Source: Andalucia godoyi And28 (Eukaryota > Protista > Jakobida). Taken from it: a stretch of 64,000 bases of DNA. Below, one piece after another: positions 11,074-23,231 of this stretch (positions within the stretch are counted from its first letter, which is position 1; each line of letters begins with the position of its first letter). Below the pieces are notes generated by a model. It was not told where the DNA came from. It did no database searches and saw only the letters and a program-made list of their open reading frames with translations. The position numbers and the translations under genes are program-made. Where the stretch lies: positions 296,452 to 360,451 of the forward strand of contig VRVR01000020.1 of assembly GCA_009859145.1 (NCBI GenBank). The letters run 5' to 3'.

Positions 11074-11795
11074 CTACCCTTCGAGCGACATGCAGGGAAA
11101 CCAATAGCTCTCGTCGACAGCATCCACCCAACATATGCCCTCGATCATCATGCGTTCAACGGCAGCAGCAGTGCGGATGTCTGACCAACCAAGACTGGTT
11201 CGCAAATCCTCCTTTCTCACAGATCCCAGTCGCTCCTGGGCAGCCGCAAGCACGTCCACGCAGTCTCGGTTCAGTTCGACAGGAATGCTTTGGACATACT
11301 GTCTGTCTTGGATCACCACAATGTCATAGCCGTCGCCCAGCACCTTCAGCTTCTTGATTGAGCGCATGACGTCATCTGCAGACACCAGTGCTGCTCGTTT
11401 CCCTCGTTTTTTCTTGAGCAGCTCCAGCAGCTCTGTGATTTCCATCAATCCACCATTTCGAGGCCGTGTAGCAATGCACACCGCCACAATCTGCACTCCA
11501 AGTTCATAGTAAAACGAACCCAAACCGAGCATTTCTGCCCAGAAGCCCTTCTTGGACGCTAGTGGATCCACTCCGATTGTCGTGCACATCTTTTGGAAAT
11601 GATACCGAAGCTGCGGGTCATTGTTGATCTCCGATCGATGCTTCGTCGAGAATTCCTCCAATTTGGACCGAAACGTCTCGAGAACCTCCCGAGCCTGGGA
11701 GATTTGATACTGTGTTACTTCTCCACCCTTTTCCCGAAACCGAGCACTTGTCTCCGCATTCTTCTTTAGTCCAGCCACACCAACTCCCCGTCGCA

Positions 11796-11796
<1 letters not shown>
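11074..11796 (-). CDS. SNF8: ESCRT-II subunit SNF8/Vps22/EAP30
   Basis: MRRGVGVAGL start; FQKMCTTIGVDPLASKKGFWAEMLGLGSFYYELGVQI and YVQSIPVELNRD are hallmark EAP30 motifs. 240 aa. Confidence 0.95.

Positions 11797-11797
<1 letters not shown>

Positions 11798-11853
<56 letters not shown>
11798..11853. repeat. (CT/GA)n microsatellite immediately upstream of the SNF8 start codon
   Basis: Pure dinucleotide run read directly from the sequence. Confidence 0.95.
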
Positions 11854-11858
<5 letters not shown>

Positions 11859-12194
11859 TTTCTTTTTCTTTTTCGCTTCCTCTCTTGCCAATCTTCGTTT
11901 CCTTGCGACCTTTTTTCATTTCCCAAAACACACTTAACCAACTATTTGCCAATGGGCCAAAACAAAAACGGACGATCCGATAAACAGATAGTAGCAGCAT
12001 CACGTGAGTCAACCGTCTTCCGAAGAAGCCACCAAAAGTCCAAACTGTCACACACGTTTTTTCCAAGGTTTTTAAAAGTCATCTGCTCGTTTTTTTCCTT
12101 CTTGCATTCGTTCTGTATATATGCATTTTATAAAAATTATAGACTCCATTTTCCTAATTCCCCACAGGAGGAGGTGAAGCAGAAACAGGAGAAA

Positions 12195-13708
12195 ATGGAT
12201 AGTTCTGAAGTTGCTGTGGACAGTGCCGATATGACCCAAGAGTCCAACGATGTAGCATTTGAAGTATGTTCTTCTTCTTCTTTTTTCCCTTGGCTCTTCT
12301 CGTTTTTTAACGTTTATTTAAGGTTTAAAAACTGTTGTTTTCCTGTTTCTTCTTCCAAGTCGTCCGTTGTCTCCTAGTATATGTCTATTTGTGTCATTGA
12401 ACTCTGTTTTCCAATAATGCCTGTAAGGGGGAGAGTGAATGACTGACTGACTGTGAGATTGTGCGAGTGTGTATTCGATAATTGCTCATTTCTTCTTCTT
12501 CTTTTCTTTTGACAGTTCAATGATTGTGTTTGCGTATATATGGGTGCACTGGATGCTGTGAATTCCCTCTGCATTGTTGGAAATCTGTTTTATGCAGGCT
12601 CCTTTGATGGATCCATTCATGCATATGACTTGGAGGTATGCACTCTATTCCCGTCTCGCCCGCTTTTCCGTCGCCCCTCCCATTTTGCAGTTTTCCTTCC
12701 TCTTCCCTCTTCCCTCTTCCCTCTTCCCTCTTCCCTCTTCCCTCTTTTCTATTTTTTTCTCTTCTTCCACGGTTCTTTCTAATCAGCAACGGTTTCTTTG
12801 CATAATATCAGTCGGGTTCTCTGGTGCTGAATCTCAAGGGTCACACAGCAAGCGTATGCTGTTTGGCAGAGCGCGGGGGAATGTTGTTCAGTGCTTCCGA
12901 CGATGCAACCATCCGAGTCTGGAGTGTGTATTCTGCAGAATGCACGCAGGTACTGACGACGCACAAGTCTGCGGTGACTGCGATGGTTCTCACGGATCGA
13001 CATTTGATATCCGGGGATCGGGACCATGAAGTACACATTCACGACATCTCAAAAGCGCCATTTCCGTTCGTGAAGAAGGTGGACAATGCACATCTCTCGC
13101 AAATATCTGCGATTTATGCCCTTAGTGCGCACGGAGATATTCTGACGGGATCGTATGACCGACTTGTGAAGAGAATCAATTGGAATTCGGGAGCCATGGT
13201 TTCTGCATATGTCAGCGGCAAGTCAAAGTTTGGTCCGGGCCATACGATCCGCTGCGTTGTCGCTGATGAAAATTCAAAGAGAATATTTGTGGGTTCATCG
13301 GATGCAAGAATACGAGTGTACAATTTGGAGACTGCAGACTGCGTGTTGGAAATGAAGACGGACTCGAGCGTGTTTTGTCTCGCGTTCTGGAAAGGCCAGT
13401 TGTATGCTGGATGCGAAGACGGATCCGTCCGACAGTATTCGGCGGAGAAAGGTACACTCGATTACACGTTCAAAGGGCATACCGACAGTGTGACGTCGCT
13501 ATGTCTCAGCGAAGACGGGCTGCTGGTTACGGGGTCGTATGATCGGTCCGTACGCTGCTGGGACCTGAACGGAACGCTCAGATTCTTGCAGATTATGGAA
13601 GAGAAGAAGGCGGAAGAGGAACGAATGAGACGCGAAAGAGAGGCCGAGGCCTCGCGATTGTCTATGGAATCTGCAGCGTCGAAGAAGTCAAAGAAGAAGA
13701 AGAAATAG
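12195..13708 (+). CDS. WD40-repeat protein (three exons), myosin heavy-chain kinase/TRAF7-type WD repeats with a lysine-rich tail
   Basis: Exons 12195-12263, 12516-12635 and 12812-13708 with GTATGT/GTATGC donors and CAG acceptors join in frame. Repeats include GHTASVCCL...SASDDATIRVW and GHTDSVTSL...TGSYDRSVRCWD. Confidence 0.8.
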
Positions 13709-13765
13709 TAGTAGGCAGCAGCAGCAGTAGTAGTAGTAGTAGTAATAGATGGCAGTACCCATCGC

Positions 13766-13860
13766 CTACATTATACACTGAACATGCGTATCTACGAATA
13801 GACATGCGTATTCAATCCTGCATCCCGTTGCCGGGAAGGGGATAGGCCCCAACACGCCTC
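13766..13860 (-). ncRNA. Putative Fanzor omega-RNA scaffold, copy 1
   Basis: Overlaps the nuclease C-terminus. Contains a GGGG-CCUAU-CCCC stem-loop, a UCCCG-GCAA-CGGGA hairpin, a 36-nt UUCG-capped hairpin (13779-13814) and a 3' GUGUAUAAUGUAG end that is also conserved in copy 2. Confidence 0.7.
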
Positions 13861-14110
13861 ACGGCGCTCTTCAGATAAATGTTCCGCGCTCCGCCCTCCG
13901 TTCCAATCTCGATCAATCTGTGAGCTACACGCGGGACATGCAAACACTTTGCTGCTTCCGCCTAGACGTGCATGGATCTCACCGCAGCACCCGCGCGTTT
14001 TGGACGTGCACTCCTCCGTCACTTTCTCAGGGTGACACGGTGTTCCTGAGAAGGGTGCATTTTGATCTAGCAGCAGGCGTAGTGACACGTGGTCTCTTAG
14101 TAGGTCTGCG
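13812..14110 (-). pseudogene. Degenerate 3' fragment of a Fanzor (TnpB-family, Fanzor2-like) RNA-guided nuclease gene
   Basis: Translation VTEECTSKTRGCCGEIHARLGGSSKVFACPACSSQIDRDWNG shows the RuvC-II Glu, zinc finger and RuvC-III DRD. Removing one copy of an imperfect 7-nt duplication (13886-13899) restores NGARNIYLK...QD* with the stop at 13812-13814. Upstream sequence is frameshifted (HY-like remnant near 14075). Confidence 0.85.
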
Positions 14111-14238
14111 GGACCTAGGAGGCCCTGTATCGGGCGGCGTAGGCGTAGGCGAATGCGTCATCCCAGCGCACCCACGCCCGTATTTGAATTAAAAACGTGA
14201 AACCAAAAAACCAAACCAACGAATGATCGAATAGATGG

Positions 14239-14498
14239 CTACGGATGCTGCGTTAAAGAGTGTCGAAAATGCGGAGCCTGTGTCACCGGCTGAATTCTGG
14301 CCGAGCGTGCGTAAGCACGAATTCCCTGTGAAACAAACGTGCTGGTGTCGGCCAGTATTGACCGTGTCTGTTTATGCATACTTCCTTCCGTATGCATGAC
14401 AATGGCGGGTTATTATTCACCGGCAGCTGCAGTTTGAATCGAGCTGCTGTACAACGTAAATACATTGCTTTCTGCCGAAATGCCAATGGAAAGGTCAT
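14239..14498 (-). CDS. Possible small two-exon hypothetical protein
   Basis: ATG 14498; a GTATGC...TTTCACAG intron of about 56 nt joins in frame to give MTFPLAFRQKAMYLRC...RKE/GIRAYARSARIQPVTQAPHFRHSLTQHP*. No family recognised. Confidence 0.3.
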
Positions 14499-14610
14499 TG
14501 CGACAGCCGTTCTTTTGAGAAGAATGCGACGGCGCACGAATAGACTGTTCGGTCGTTAGACGCATTGCATTTAATTCGCTCAGCCCATCTCACACACACG
14601 CGTCTTCAAC

Positions 14611-15090
14611 ATGAACTTTGGAGATCGCATATCAATTGTTCCCCCGCGGCCTCCAGAGAAGGGATCGTTTCCGTTGGATCATCTGGGCGAATGCAAGGTT
14701 CTCGTGGACAGGGTGCTGGCGTGCATGAGAAAACACGAGCAGCAGTCCAGATTCTGTCGACTGGAATTCCGAGACTACCTGCAATGTCGCATGGACAAGG
14801 GACTGATGCAAAAAGAGGACTTTTCAAAGTTGGATCTGGATGATCCCAACAAATACAAAGTATGCTAGTGTTTCAATTTGTCATCTTTTGATTGGTCTGC
14901 TCCCTTTTGCTTGCTTTTCAATGCATTCTTTACAATGACTTACTTGCATCTTCTGCATCACCACTCCTTGTCCTGTCTTGCCGTACAGAATGTAGAACTG
15001 GGCGACAAGGAAAAGAAGGAAGAAGACGGGTTCGTTGCCGGAGTATCACGACGAAATCGCAAGCTGGTTCCAGAGACGGACTCGTCATGA
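14611..15090 (+). CDS. COX19: Cytochrome c oxidase assembly protein COX19 (twin CX9C)
   Basis: PPEKGSFPLDHLGECK, twin CX9C and YLQCRMDKGLM. Intron 14860-14988 (GTATGC...ACAG) joins in frame. Confidence 0.9.
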
Positions 15091-15191
15091 ATCCACCATC
15101 TCAGGTGCTTACCGGTACGTAGACACGCCTGCTGCAGCGCTGTACAGTAATGTAAAAGACACCAAAAGCAAACGGGGATGTGTCAAGGGGA

Positions 15192-16077
15192 TTACATAAA
15201 GTACATTGGGCTTGCCATATCGTTTGAACTCTCCGAAGTGGCAGCAATCACAACGACAGTCTTCTTGCCTTCGACTGTGGTGTCTTGGCCGAGATCTCCT
15301 GCGGTTTGCCAGACCTGCTTGTCGAATGCTGCTTCCGGTTCCGTATCCTGCGTCTTGGGAAGCACCGTTCTGGAAGCGGTGCTCGACGAATTGCCCATGT
15401 ACAGCTCTGGAGGATGGTGGTCTTTGTGCATAGGTGTCCGCTCAAAAGGATGCCCTCGCGGCCGCTGGAGCGGTGCATCGCGCTCCGGAACTGCATTCGT
15501 GCGAATGGCAGCCAGCCGTCGCCCAGATTGCATTGTGCGAATGACGTGCGTGAACTTGCGAACAAAATGACGATTCACACTGGGCCTCATCATTGCTCCT
15601 TCCCCTCTTCTTCTTCTTCTTTTTTGTCTTCTACTACTACAACTACTACAAGAACAACTTCTTCTTCTGGTTTGTCAAAATGAACAAAAGCGGATCCCAA
15701 AAGAATCAGTTGTGCCTTTCTGTTATGCCCGCCGTGTGTTAAAAATAAATGAAGGAAAGCGATCCAGGATACAACTTGACTTGCATTTGAGAGAGCACTG
15801 TACGTGCCTGTTTGGTTTCCCCCTGTCGAACTCCCTTCTCAAGGACTTTATGATTCGCCTGTGAAGCAGCTGAAAGGCTTCTGCGCAGGGGCTCGAGGCT
15901 GACGCTCGGTTTCAGCAGAGCTGACTTCGGGGTCTCCAGACCGCTGACGAGCACGTGCGCCTTTGACTGGGCAGCCGAACGATAGCCGTCCTTACTCCAG
16001 AATTCCTGGCGCCCAGCTTCTCTCCGCCAGTCTCGATGGTGTGCCGGGACCGCTACCGAGTCTACCGTGTCCTGCAA
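15192..16077 (-). CDS. Hypothetical multi-exon protein, structure unresolved
   Basis: Two GC-rich, coding-like minus-strand ORFs (15739-16077 and 15192-15593) are separated by an AT/repeat-rich intron-like spacer. No domain recognised. Confidence 0.35.
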
Positions 16078-16356
16078 GAATGGGACAAGACTTTGGGATG
16101 GGCGTGCACGAAATATCGAGAGTCTCCGTATTCCAAACGAGGGTCATCAGACCGCGAGCGTCAGCTAACTGTAGTCGGGACCCTGGAGAAAAGTTTCAAA
16201 CCCGGTTTTCGCACTCTGTTTATATTCGTTTTGGTTGTTGCGACTCCAACGCAAAACAAAGGACGCGTCGATTCTGAGAAGAGGCCTCCGTACACAAGCG
16301 ACGGATTTTACATTACCTTGACGTGGCTAGAGAGATACTGTATTCCTTCGCAGAAA

Positions 16357-16722
16357 ATGACGAGTCTTGTTCGCCGATCTGTGATGCGACTGTTCTCAAG
16401 CACACCGGCCGCAGCCGAGTCGCCGTCGATCCTGACACTGACTGCACAGATCCGAGATGCCTCCGGGTCTCGGGCAGCCCGAAAACTCCGAGCAACAGGC
16501 CGTGTTCCGGGAATTGTGTTTGGCGGACCCGACGGAAAGCCCGCGGCGCTCATCTCGCTGTCGGAAGATGAAGTGGAGCACAAGCTTGCTGCATCTCCGT
16601 GGGCCAATCCACAAGCCACTCTGCGGATTGAAGGCCAGGCGGACCAAACGGTTGGTGTCCACCAGATCATCCGACATCCTGTTTCAAGAAAGCTCGCGTC
16701 TCTCAATCTCCTTCGAGAGTAG
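16357..16722 (+). CDS. rplY: Mitochondrion-targeted ribosomal protein bL25 (single 5S-binding-type domain)
   Basis: Arg/Ser-rich presequence MTSLVRRSVMRLFSS followed by LTAQIRDASGSRAARKLRATGRVPGIVFGG...QIIRHPVSRKL, the L25 signature. Confidence 0.85.
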   Translation: MTSLVRRSVMRLFSSTPAAAESPSILTLTAQIRDASGSRAARKLRATGRVPGIVFGGPDGKPAALISLSEDEVEHKLAASPWANPQATLRIEGQADQTVGVHQIIRHPVSRKLASLNLLRE

Positions 16723-16971
16723 TGCTGCACTCGTGTTCATATCCATCTCATGCCCCCCCCCCCCCCCACCCTCACATCAATTGAAAAGAAAAAAGCTGAA
16801 GAAAAAAAACCAAGAATAGTAAATGGCGAACAAGAAATATGCACCATACATGCATACAGCCCATTGCAAACTGGGGGATGGTCTTTATAATAAGAAAGAA
16901 TGAAATACGACATGGGCAGTCTGCGCCGCGCGAGGGGTGACATCCAGCATTTCATTTCCTCTGTTTCATCA

Positions 16972-18063
<1,092 letters not shown>

Positions 18064-18100
18064 TTACAATTGATAACGAGAGGGTGTGTGTATATGTATA

Positions 18101-18167
<67 letters not shown>

Positions 18168-18460
18168 AGAGAACAAAAAGCAAAGGATTAAAATATATAA
18201 AAAGAAAGGTCCAAATCAAATCAAAACAAAACAAAACAAACCAAGCAAAAAGTACTGGACGACGGCACTTTTTCCCCTGGAATAATAATGTAACAACTGG
18301 AGAAACCCCTCCAATAGGAAGAAGGATTTCCACGACGATTCGAGAAGACGAGAACAGAAGTGGATTCTTTAGTCAGCGGCCAAGGATCGGTGTGGGATGG
18401 CATCACGTGATGCAAGCGTATGAAATCCAGTCTCTAAAAAACAGTTCAGAAATGTGTTTT

Positions 18461-18462
<2 letters not shown>

Positions 18463-18509
<47 letters not shown>

Positions 18510-18510
18510 G
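18463..18510. repeat. (TTG)n microsatellite
   Basis: About 16 copies upstream of SEC16. Confidence 0.95.
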
Positions 18511-18775
18511 CTTTTCGTTTTGTTTGACAATTGTATTTTCCCTTTTATTTTATCGTTTCGTTTCTCTATCTTCTCTGTCGTTGTTCCACTCGGTGTGTTT
18601 TATTACTTGAATTGACGGTCCGTCTCCCAACGAGCGATTCACGGTCCGCATCGACTCCAGGGTTGATTGTTAACAGTGAGAGGAGAAGGAGAAGGAGACA
18701 GAGGAAGCCAATCAAATCGTAGTATAGTAGTAATAGTAGAAATAGAAGCCGAACAAAGACGGCGAGAAATAGTGA

Positions 18776-21700
18776 ATGTCTGTGCCTGACGACGTGTCGT
18801 TTTTTGATTCTCTGCCTTCGGGAACCGAGTCGGATCCGGATGCTGCGTTCTTTTCACAATTGAGCGGTGCTGACGAAGGGGCAGTGCATGACGGTCACTC
18901 CGCTGGCTACTCATCGACGTCTACTTACTCGGACACTGCTTCTTCTGTGGCCCGTCGGAATCCTGGGTCGTATCAGCAGTCGACTGCGATACTTGATCCT
19001 TCCCCGCTACCACCATCATCGACAACATCATCGACAGCTTCAGCAGCACCCTCATGGATGCCTCCGACGGCCAGCACCTCACACGTTCATCCTTTGCATT
19101 CGTCTGTTTCCCAAGAGTCTTTCGAGCACAGTGCAGGTACGCCACCACAGAATGATCCGACAGTGACATTCAGTGGCCGACCGCAAGATGGGATCACTGC
19201 CATGAACCTCATGATGATGGAAGACTCGTTTGCGTCGTCGCATCCACCGCAGGCGACGACTCCTGCCTCGCATGTGCATTCCGAACCGTCGCTTCCCGAT
19301 GATGCGACTTCCGAGTATGCTTATTCATCAAGATTCAGCCATTCTTCAGGATCGTCAAGCACATCCACAGATAATGTGTCCACGTTCCAGGCGGCTCCGG
19401 ATCACCAAGGAGAGCCGCATGAACAAGGAGACTGGGCATGGGATCAGCATTCTGCTGGGGAAGGTGCAGATTTCTTTGACCATATAAGACCACCTTCAGA
19501 ACCATCGACATCGGCATCTTCTTTGGGCTCGACGGCAATGATGATGCAGCAGCACCCGCAACTCTTGGATCATGCCACCGTAACCGGGGCACCAACGCAG
19601 TCGCATGATACACCCCCGCACCAAGCGGTGGGCCCGATCACCGACGCTGCGTACTACGGTTCCCAGATACCACAGCCGCAATTCTCTCTCCAGGCAGGGT
19701 TTGTGAGCGTGGTCAACCCCCCGATGTTCTCCTCACAAGCTGCCGGAATCCCTCCAAACTCCGTAGCCTCCGCGAGACCGCCGCATGCACTCGACAATGG
19801 CTCACATCCACAGCCGGTGTTCCAGCCCCCGCAATTTGCCCCGCAGCATCCTTCGCTGCCATCCTGGCCGGCATCATCTTCCACTCCGGTGTATGCGCAA
19901 CCGCAAGCTACCGCGAGTGCCACCTCCAACGCTCTGCCGCCGATGCCGGAGCCACAGCTCTCTCACTCACATGCAGCCCAGCAAAACTCGCAGTTCCTTT
20001 ATCACGAACAAGGGGGATTTGGCACGCCATTGTCGCCACCAGCATCTGCCGGTGGTTTTCAGGAGATTTCATTGACGCAACAGTCGCCACCTGTTGGCGG
20101 ACCGCTCCCAAACAGAGTCCCATCAGGTAGTGCGGCACCTGTTGGGCAGTCCATGTTGTCGGTTTCTTCTGGGGCCTTCCACGCGGTTCCTGGACCCTAC
20201 CATCCGTCCTCGGTGCCAGTTCCACAGGCCGCTGTCCCGCCCAATATTGCCCCTTCTACGTTTGCTGCCGTGCCAATAGCGTCGCACGCGCAACCACCAC
20301 TACCACCACAGATATCCCACACAGGACCACCAAACCACCATCCTCTTCCTGCAAACCATCTTAGTTTTCCTACTGCTCAGCCAGTGCAGGCAAATTCCCA
20401 GTTCAGTTATGGCGATCAGGCCCATCCGGACGCTTCCGCGCTATCTCCTGGTTCTAAGGCCCGGTTGGAGATTGAAAATCAAAAGAGGACATTGGAACTG
20501 CAAATGGAAGAACTTCGTCGGAAAATGGAAGAGCTCAATGGAGGGGCTTTTGTGAATGGATCCCAGCAGCCGTCCCAGCTGGTTCACAATGGAGGGACCA
20601 CTGGATATGGTCCCAGCCATGGGCGTCCGCAGGGCCATGGACATGGGCGCACACCATCCTTCGGATCCGGACCAGTGTTCGGCGCCACAATGTCCACGTC
20701 ATCATCTTTCGCCAGTCTCCCGACGTACGACGGCGGTTTGCAGGGGTTTCGGCCTGGTATGCACCCCGGGCACCAGTCATCGTTTGGAGCAGTTTCCCAC
20801 CACTCTCTGATACCCTTCGAGATCGCCAATGACATTATGATCCCTCCGAAAGGTGCCCAGATACCCGTGGCTTCGTTTGGATTCGGTGGAAAGCTGGTTG
20901 TGACGTTCCCACGCAAGCAGCATCGCTTGAATGTCCTCAATCCGAATGCTCCGGCAGCAGAGAGCAGCTTGAAGCCCGGGTCTGTCGCAATCCATACAAT
21001 GTCTTCTCTGTTTCCCATCGACGACGACCACGCGTTTCCTGTGCAGTTTGGGAATGTTCAAGCTGTTCCGCAGCTCGTGCAGTACGTTCAACGTAAGATA
21101 TCTTTCGCCGCGGACGCAGACGAGCGGACACTCTGGTCGTTGTTGATGGTGGAATTGCAGGGGCTGGAAAACGAGCAAGTCCGTCTACAAGGCTACAAGG
21201 ACTTGTTGACAAGCTTGTCTTCCGCCACGCCATTGGAGAATTCATGTCATGTTGCCAAGGATCTTTCTGTTGATGCGGATTTTACGAGCATTGATCAGCT
21301 GCTGCTCGACGGAAAACGTGACGAGGCCGTGAAGCAAGCCGTGCGACAAAAGCAGTTTGCGTTGGCATTGATGCTGTCCTCTGTTATTGACAAGAAAACG
21401 TTCCACTCTGTGGCAGCACAGTACGTCAAGGAATCAATGGATGAAAAGTCTCCGCTTCGTACGCTATTGATGGTTATTTGCCAGAACATCTCTCAGACGC
21501 TGCTGGATAATTCAAGCGAGCATTCCGTTAGTTGGCAGCAAGAATGGGCGCATCATGTTTTGATGCTGATTTCCAATCCCGTGCATCACATGGAGAATTG
21601 GCTTGTGCAACTTGGTGACAAGCTCGCTCGCGACTACGGTCTTGTGGTCCCGTCTATACTCTGTTACATGTTCGCAGCCATTCCGATCGAATCACCATTT

Positions 21701-22993
21701 CGAGATGTGCGCTTCTCCTGCATTGGGACGAAGCTCTTTGAGGGTGAGACGATGAAGCGAAATGAGATATACTCATTCATTTGCAAATTGAAAGCACTGA
21801 AACTGCATGAGAAGACTGGCCCTGCGAATCCGCAAGTTGTCCAGCAGTTGCTGACTCCGAATAAGGATGACATTGAGTGCCGAATTGCGTATGTGGAGTT
21901 TTTGGCTGACGTGGGCTACACTAGCATTGCTTCACGATATCTGCAGTCGCTCATTCCGCTGTCAAAGTCTCTGGACGAGAGCCAAGTTCGGAAGCTGTCC
22001 GATTTGGAAAAGGCTCTTGATGGAAGCACACCGTCGCAGAAGCAGGAGAAAGGATGGCTCAAGTCTGTGTTTGGACTGAAGTTCATGTCCGATGACTCTT
22101 CCGGCAAGTCCTCTTTACCTGTCGCTTCCTCTCCATTGTCAGCGTTGCCGCCCTCTACAATCCCTATGCAGCATCCGATCTCCACGCCGGCCGCCAGTTC
22201 TACGTTCGCCAGCCCTTCACCGAGCACCAGTGAACCTCCTGCTGCTTTGCAGCGATCAAATTCTTCGTCTGCGACGTCTGGTCAGGATCCTCAGAAGCCT
22301 GCAGTCGCAGCTTCTGCCACGACTGGCCAGAAAGGGGGAAAGGAAGTCGCAGACGCTGGTGTTGGCGGATTCTTCCGGAAACTACTCGGTGGTCGGAACA
22401 AGGAAGTGAAGCTCGGTGATAATTTACAGTGCTATTATGACGAGAAACTCGGACGCTGGGTGTTCCCAGATGAAGATCCCTCCAAAGTTGCTGCCGCCTC
22501 TGCGCCCCCGCCCATGATGCAGCTGAATGTCCAGAACAGTGCATATGCAACAATCCCTGCGACGGCACCGGGTCCAGGACCAGGAGTAGCAGCACCAGGG
22601 TCAGGACCGGCCACCTCTGCTCCGGGCATTCCAGCTTCTGGTTTCGCACCTGGATTTCCCGGTTCTTCTTCATCGGGGAGCTCGGGTATGCCAATCTCTT
22701 CTGTTCCGTCCATGCCGCTGGCGATGAATGCCGTGACATCCCGGTACGTGGATCCATTTTCGCTCTCTGCTGGACCTGCTCCTCCGGCTCCATCTGCAGG
22801 AGTGCGTCCTTCAGGTCTTGTTGCTCCTCCAGCTTCCGTTCCACCACCTGGCCTGAGTCAGGGTCCAATGATGCCGGGAGGTTTTGCAGCACCTGTTCCG
22901 ATGGGACCTGGTGCACCTCCAAGGTTCTTCATGCCGAAGCCCTCGGTGCCCACGGAGGCCCCCGCTGAACAAACCCTGCCGCCGCAGTCTTGA
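18776..22993 (+). CDS. SEC16: COPII coat scaffold Sec16
   Basis: 1405 aa with long P/S/Q-rich disordered arms, a central conserved domain (PVASFGFGGKLV; LLLDGKRDEAVKQAVRQKQFALALMLSS) and C-terminal YYDEKLGRWV. Confidence 0.85.
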   Translation: MSVPDDVSFFDSLPSGTESDPDAAFFSQLSGADEGAVHDGHSAGYSSTSTYSDTASSVARRNPGSYQQSTAILDPSPLPPSSTTSSTASAAPSWMPPTASTSHVHPLHSSVSQESFEHSAGTPPQNDPTVTFSGRPQDGITAMNLMMMEDSFASSHPPQATTPASHVHSEPSLPDDATSEYAYSSRFSHSSGSSSTSTDNVSTFQAAPDHQGEPHEQGDWAWDQHSAGEGADFFDHIRPPSEPSTSASSLGSTAMMMQQHPQLLDHATVTGAPTQSHDTPPHQAVGPITDAAYYGSQIPQPQFSLQAGFVSVVNPPMFSSQAAGIPPNSVASARPPHALDNGSHPQPVFQPPQFAPQHPSLPSWPASSSTPVYAQPQATASATSNALPPMPEPQLSHSHAAQQNSQFLYHEQGGFGTPLSPPASAGGFQEISLTQQSPPVGGPLPNRVPSGSAAPVGQSMLSVSSGAFHAVPGPYHPSSVPVPQAAVPPNIAPSTFAAVPIASHAQPPLPPQISHTGPPNHHPLPANHLSFPTAQPVQANSQFSYGDQAHPDASALSPGSKARLEIENQKRTLELQMEELRRKMEELNGGAFVNGSQQPSQLVHNGGTTGYGPSHGRPQGHGHGRTPSFGSGPVFGATMSTSSSFASLPTYDGGLQGFRPGMHPGHQSSFGAVSHHSLIPFEIANDIMIPPKGAQIPVASFGFGGKLVVTFPRKQHRLNVLNPNAPAAESSLKPGSVAIHTMSSLFPIDDDHAFPVQFGNVQAVPQLVQYVQRKISFAADADERTLWSLLMVELQGLENEQVRLQGYKDLLTSLSSATPLENSCHVAKDLSVDADFTSIDQLLLDGKRDEAVKQAVRQKQFALALMLSSVIDKKTFHSVAAQYVKESMDEKSPLRTLLMVICQNISQTLLDNSSEHSVSWQQEWAHHVLMLISNPVHHMENWLVQLGDKLARDYGLVVPSILCYMFAAIPIESPFRDVRFSCIGTKLFEGETMKRNEIYSFICKLKALKLHEKTGPANPQVVQQLLTPNKDDIECRIAYVEFLADVGYTSIASRYLQSLIPLSKSLDESQVRKLSDLEKALDGSTPSQKQEKGWLKSVFGLKFMSDDSSGKSSLPVASSPLSALPPSTIPMQHPISTPAASSTFASPSPSTSEPPAALQRSNSSSATSGQDPQKPAVAASATTGQKGGKEVADAGVGGFFRKLLGGRNKEVKLGDNLQCYYDEKLGRWVFPDEDPSKVAAASAPPPMMQLNVQNSAYATIPATAPGPGPGVAAPGSGPATSAPGIPASGFAPGFPGSSSSGSSGMPISSVPSMPLAMNAVTSRYVDPFSLSAGPAPPAPSAGVRPSGLVAPPASVPPPGLSQGPMMPGGFAAPVPMGPGAPPRFFMPKPSVPTEAPAEQTLPPQS

Positions 22994-23100
22994 TAACAAC
23001 AACGATGACGACGACGACGACGACGACGACGGAAAGAAGAAGAAGAAGTTGTCATGTACGCGCTGCCTTTTTGTCACTTCTTCTTGGCTACATTAGAGAA

Positions 23101-23163
23101 ATGAACGATGAACGATGAACGATGAACGATGAACAATGAACAATGAACAATGAACAATGAACA
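23101..23163. repeat. 7-bp tandem repeat (ATGAACG)4(ATGAACA)5
   Basis: Read directly, between the convergent SEC16 and MFSD5 stops. Confidence 0.95.
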
Positions 23164-23231
23164 CGGCTCCGCTTCAGGCCCAATTACATAATTTTAATCT
23201 CGTCAGAGAGACAAACATTTCGTCACATTAC

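Noticed and set aside
18330-18415. Possible box C/D snoRNA on the minus strand (GTGATGC...CTGA)
   Set aside because: Imperfect C box, no terminal stem or D box, and no rRNA target I can identify.
23101-23163. Short tandem arrays as CRISPR-like or telomeric repeats
   Set aside because: No spacers, 7-8-bp units and no telomere consensus; ordinary minisatellites.
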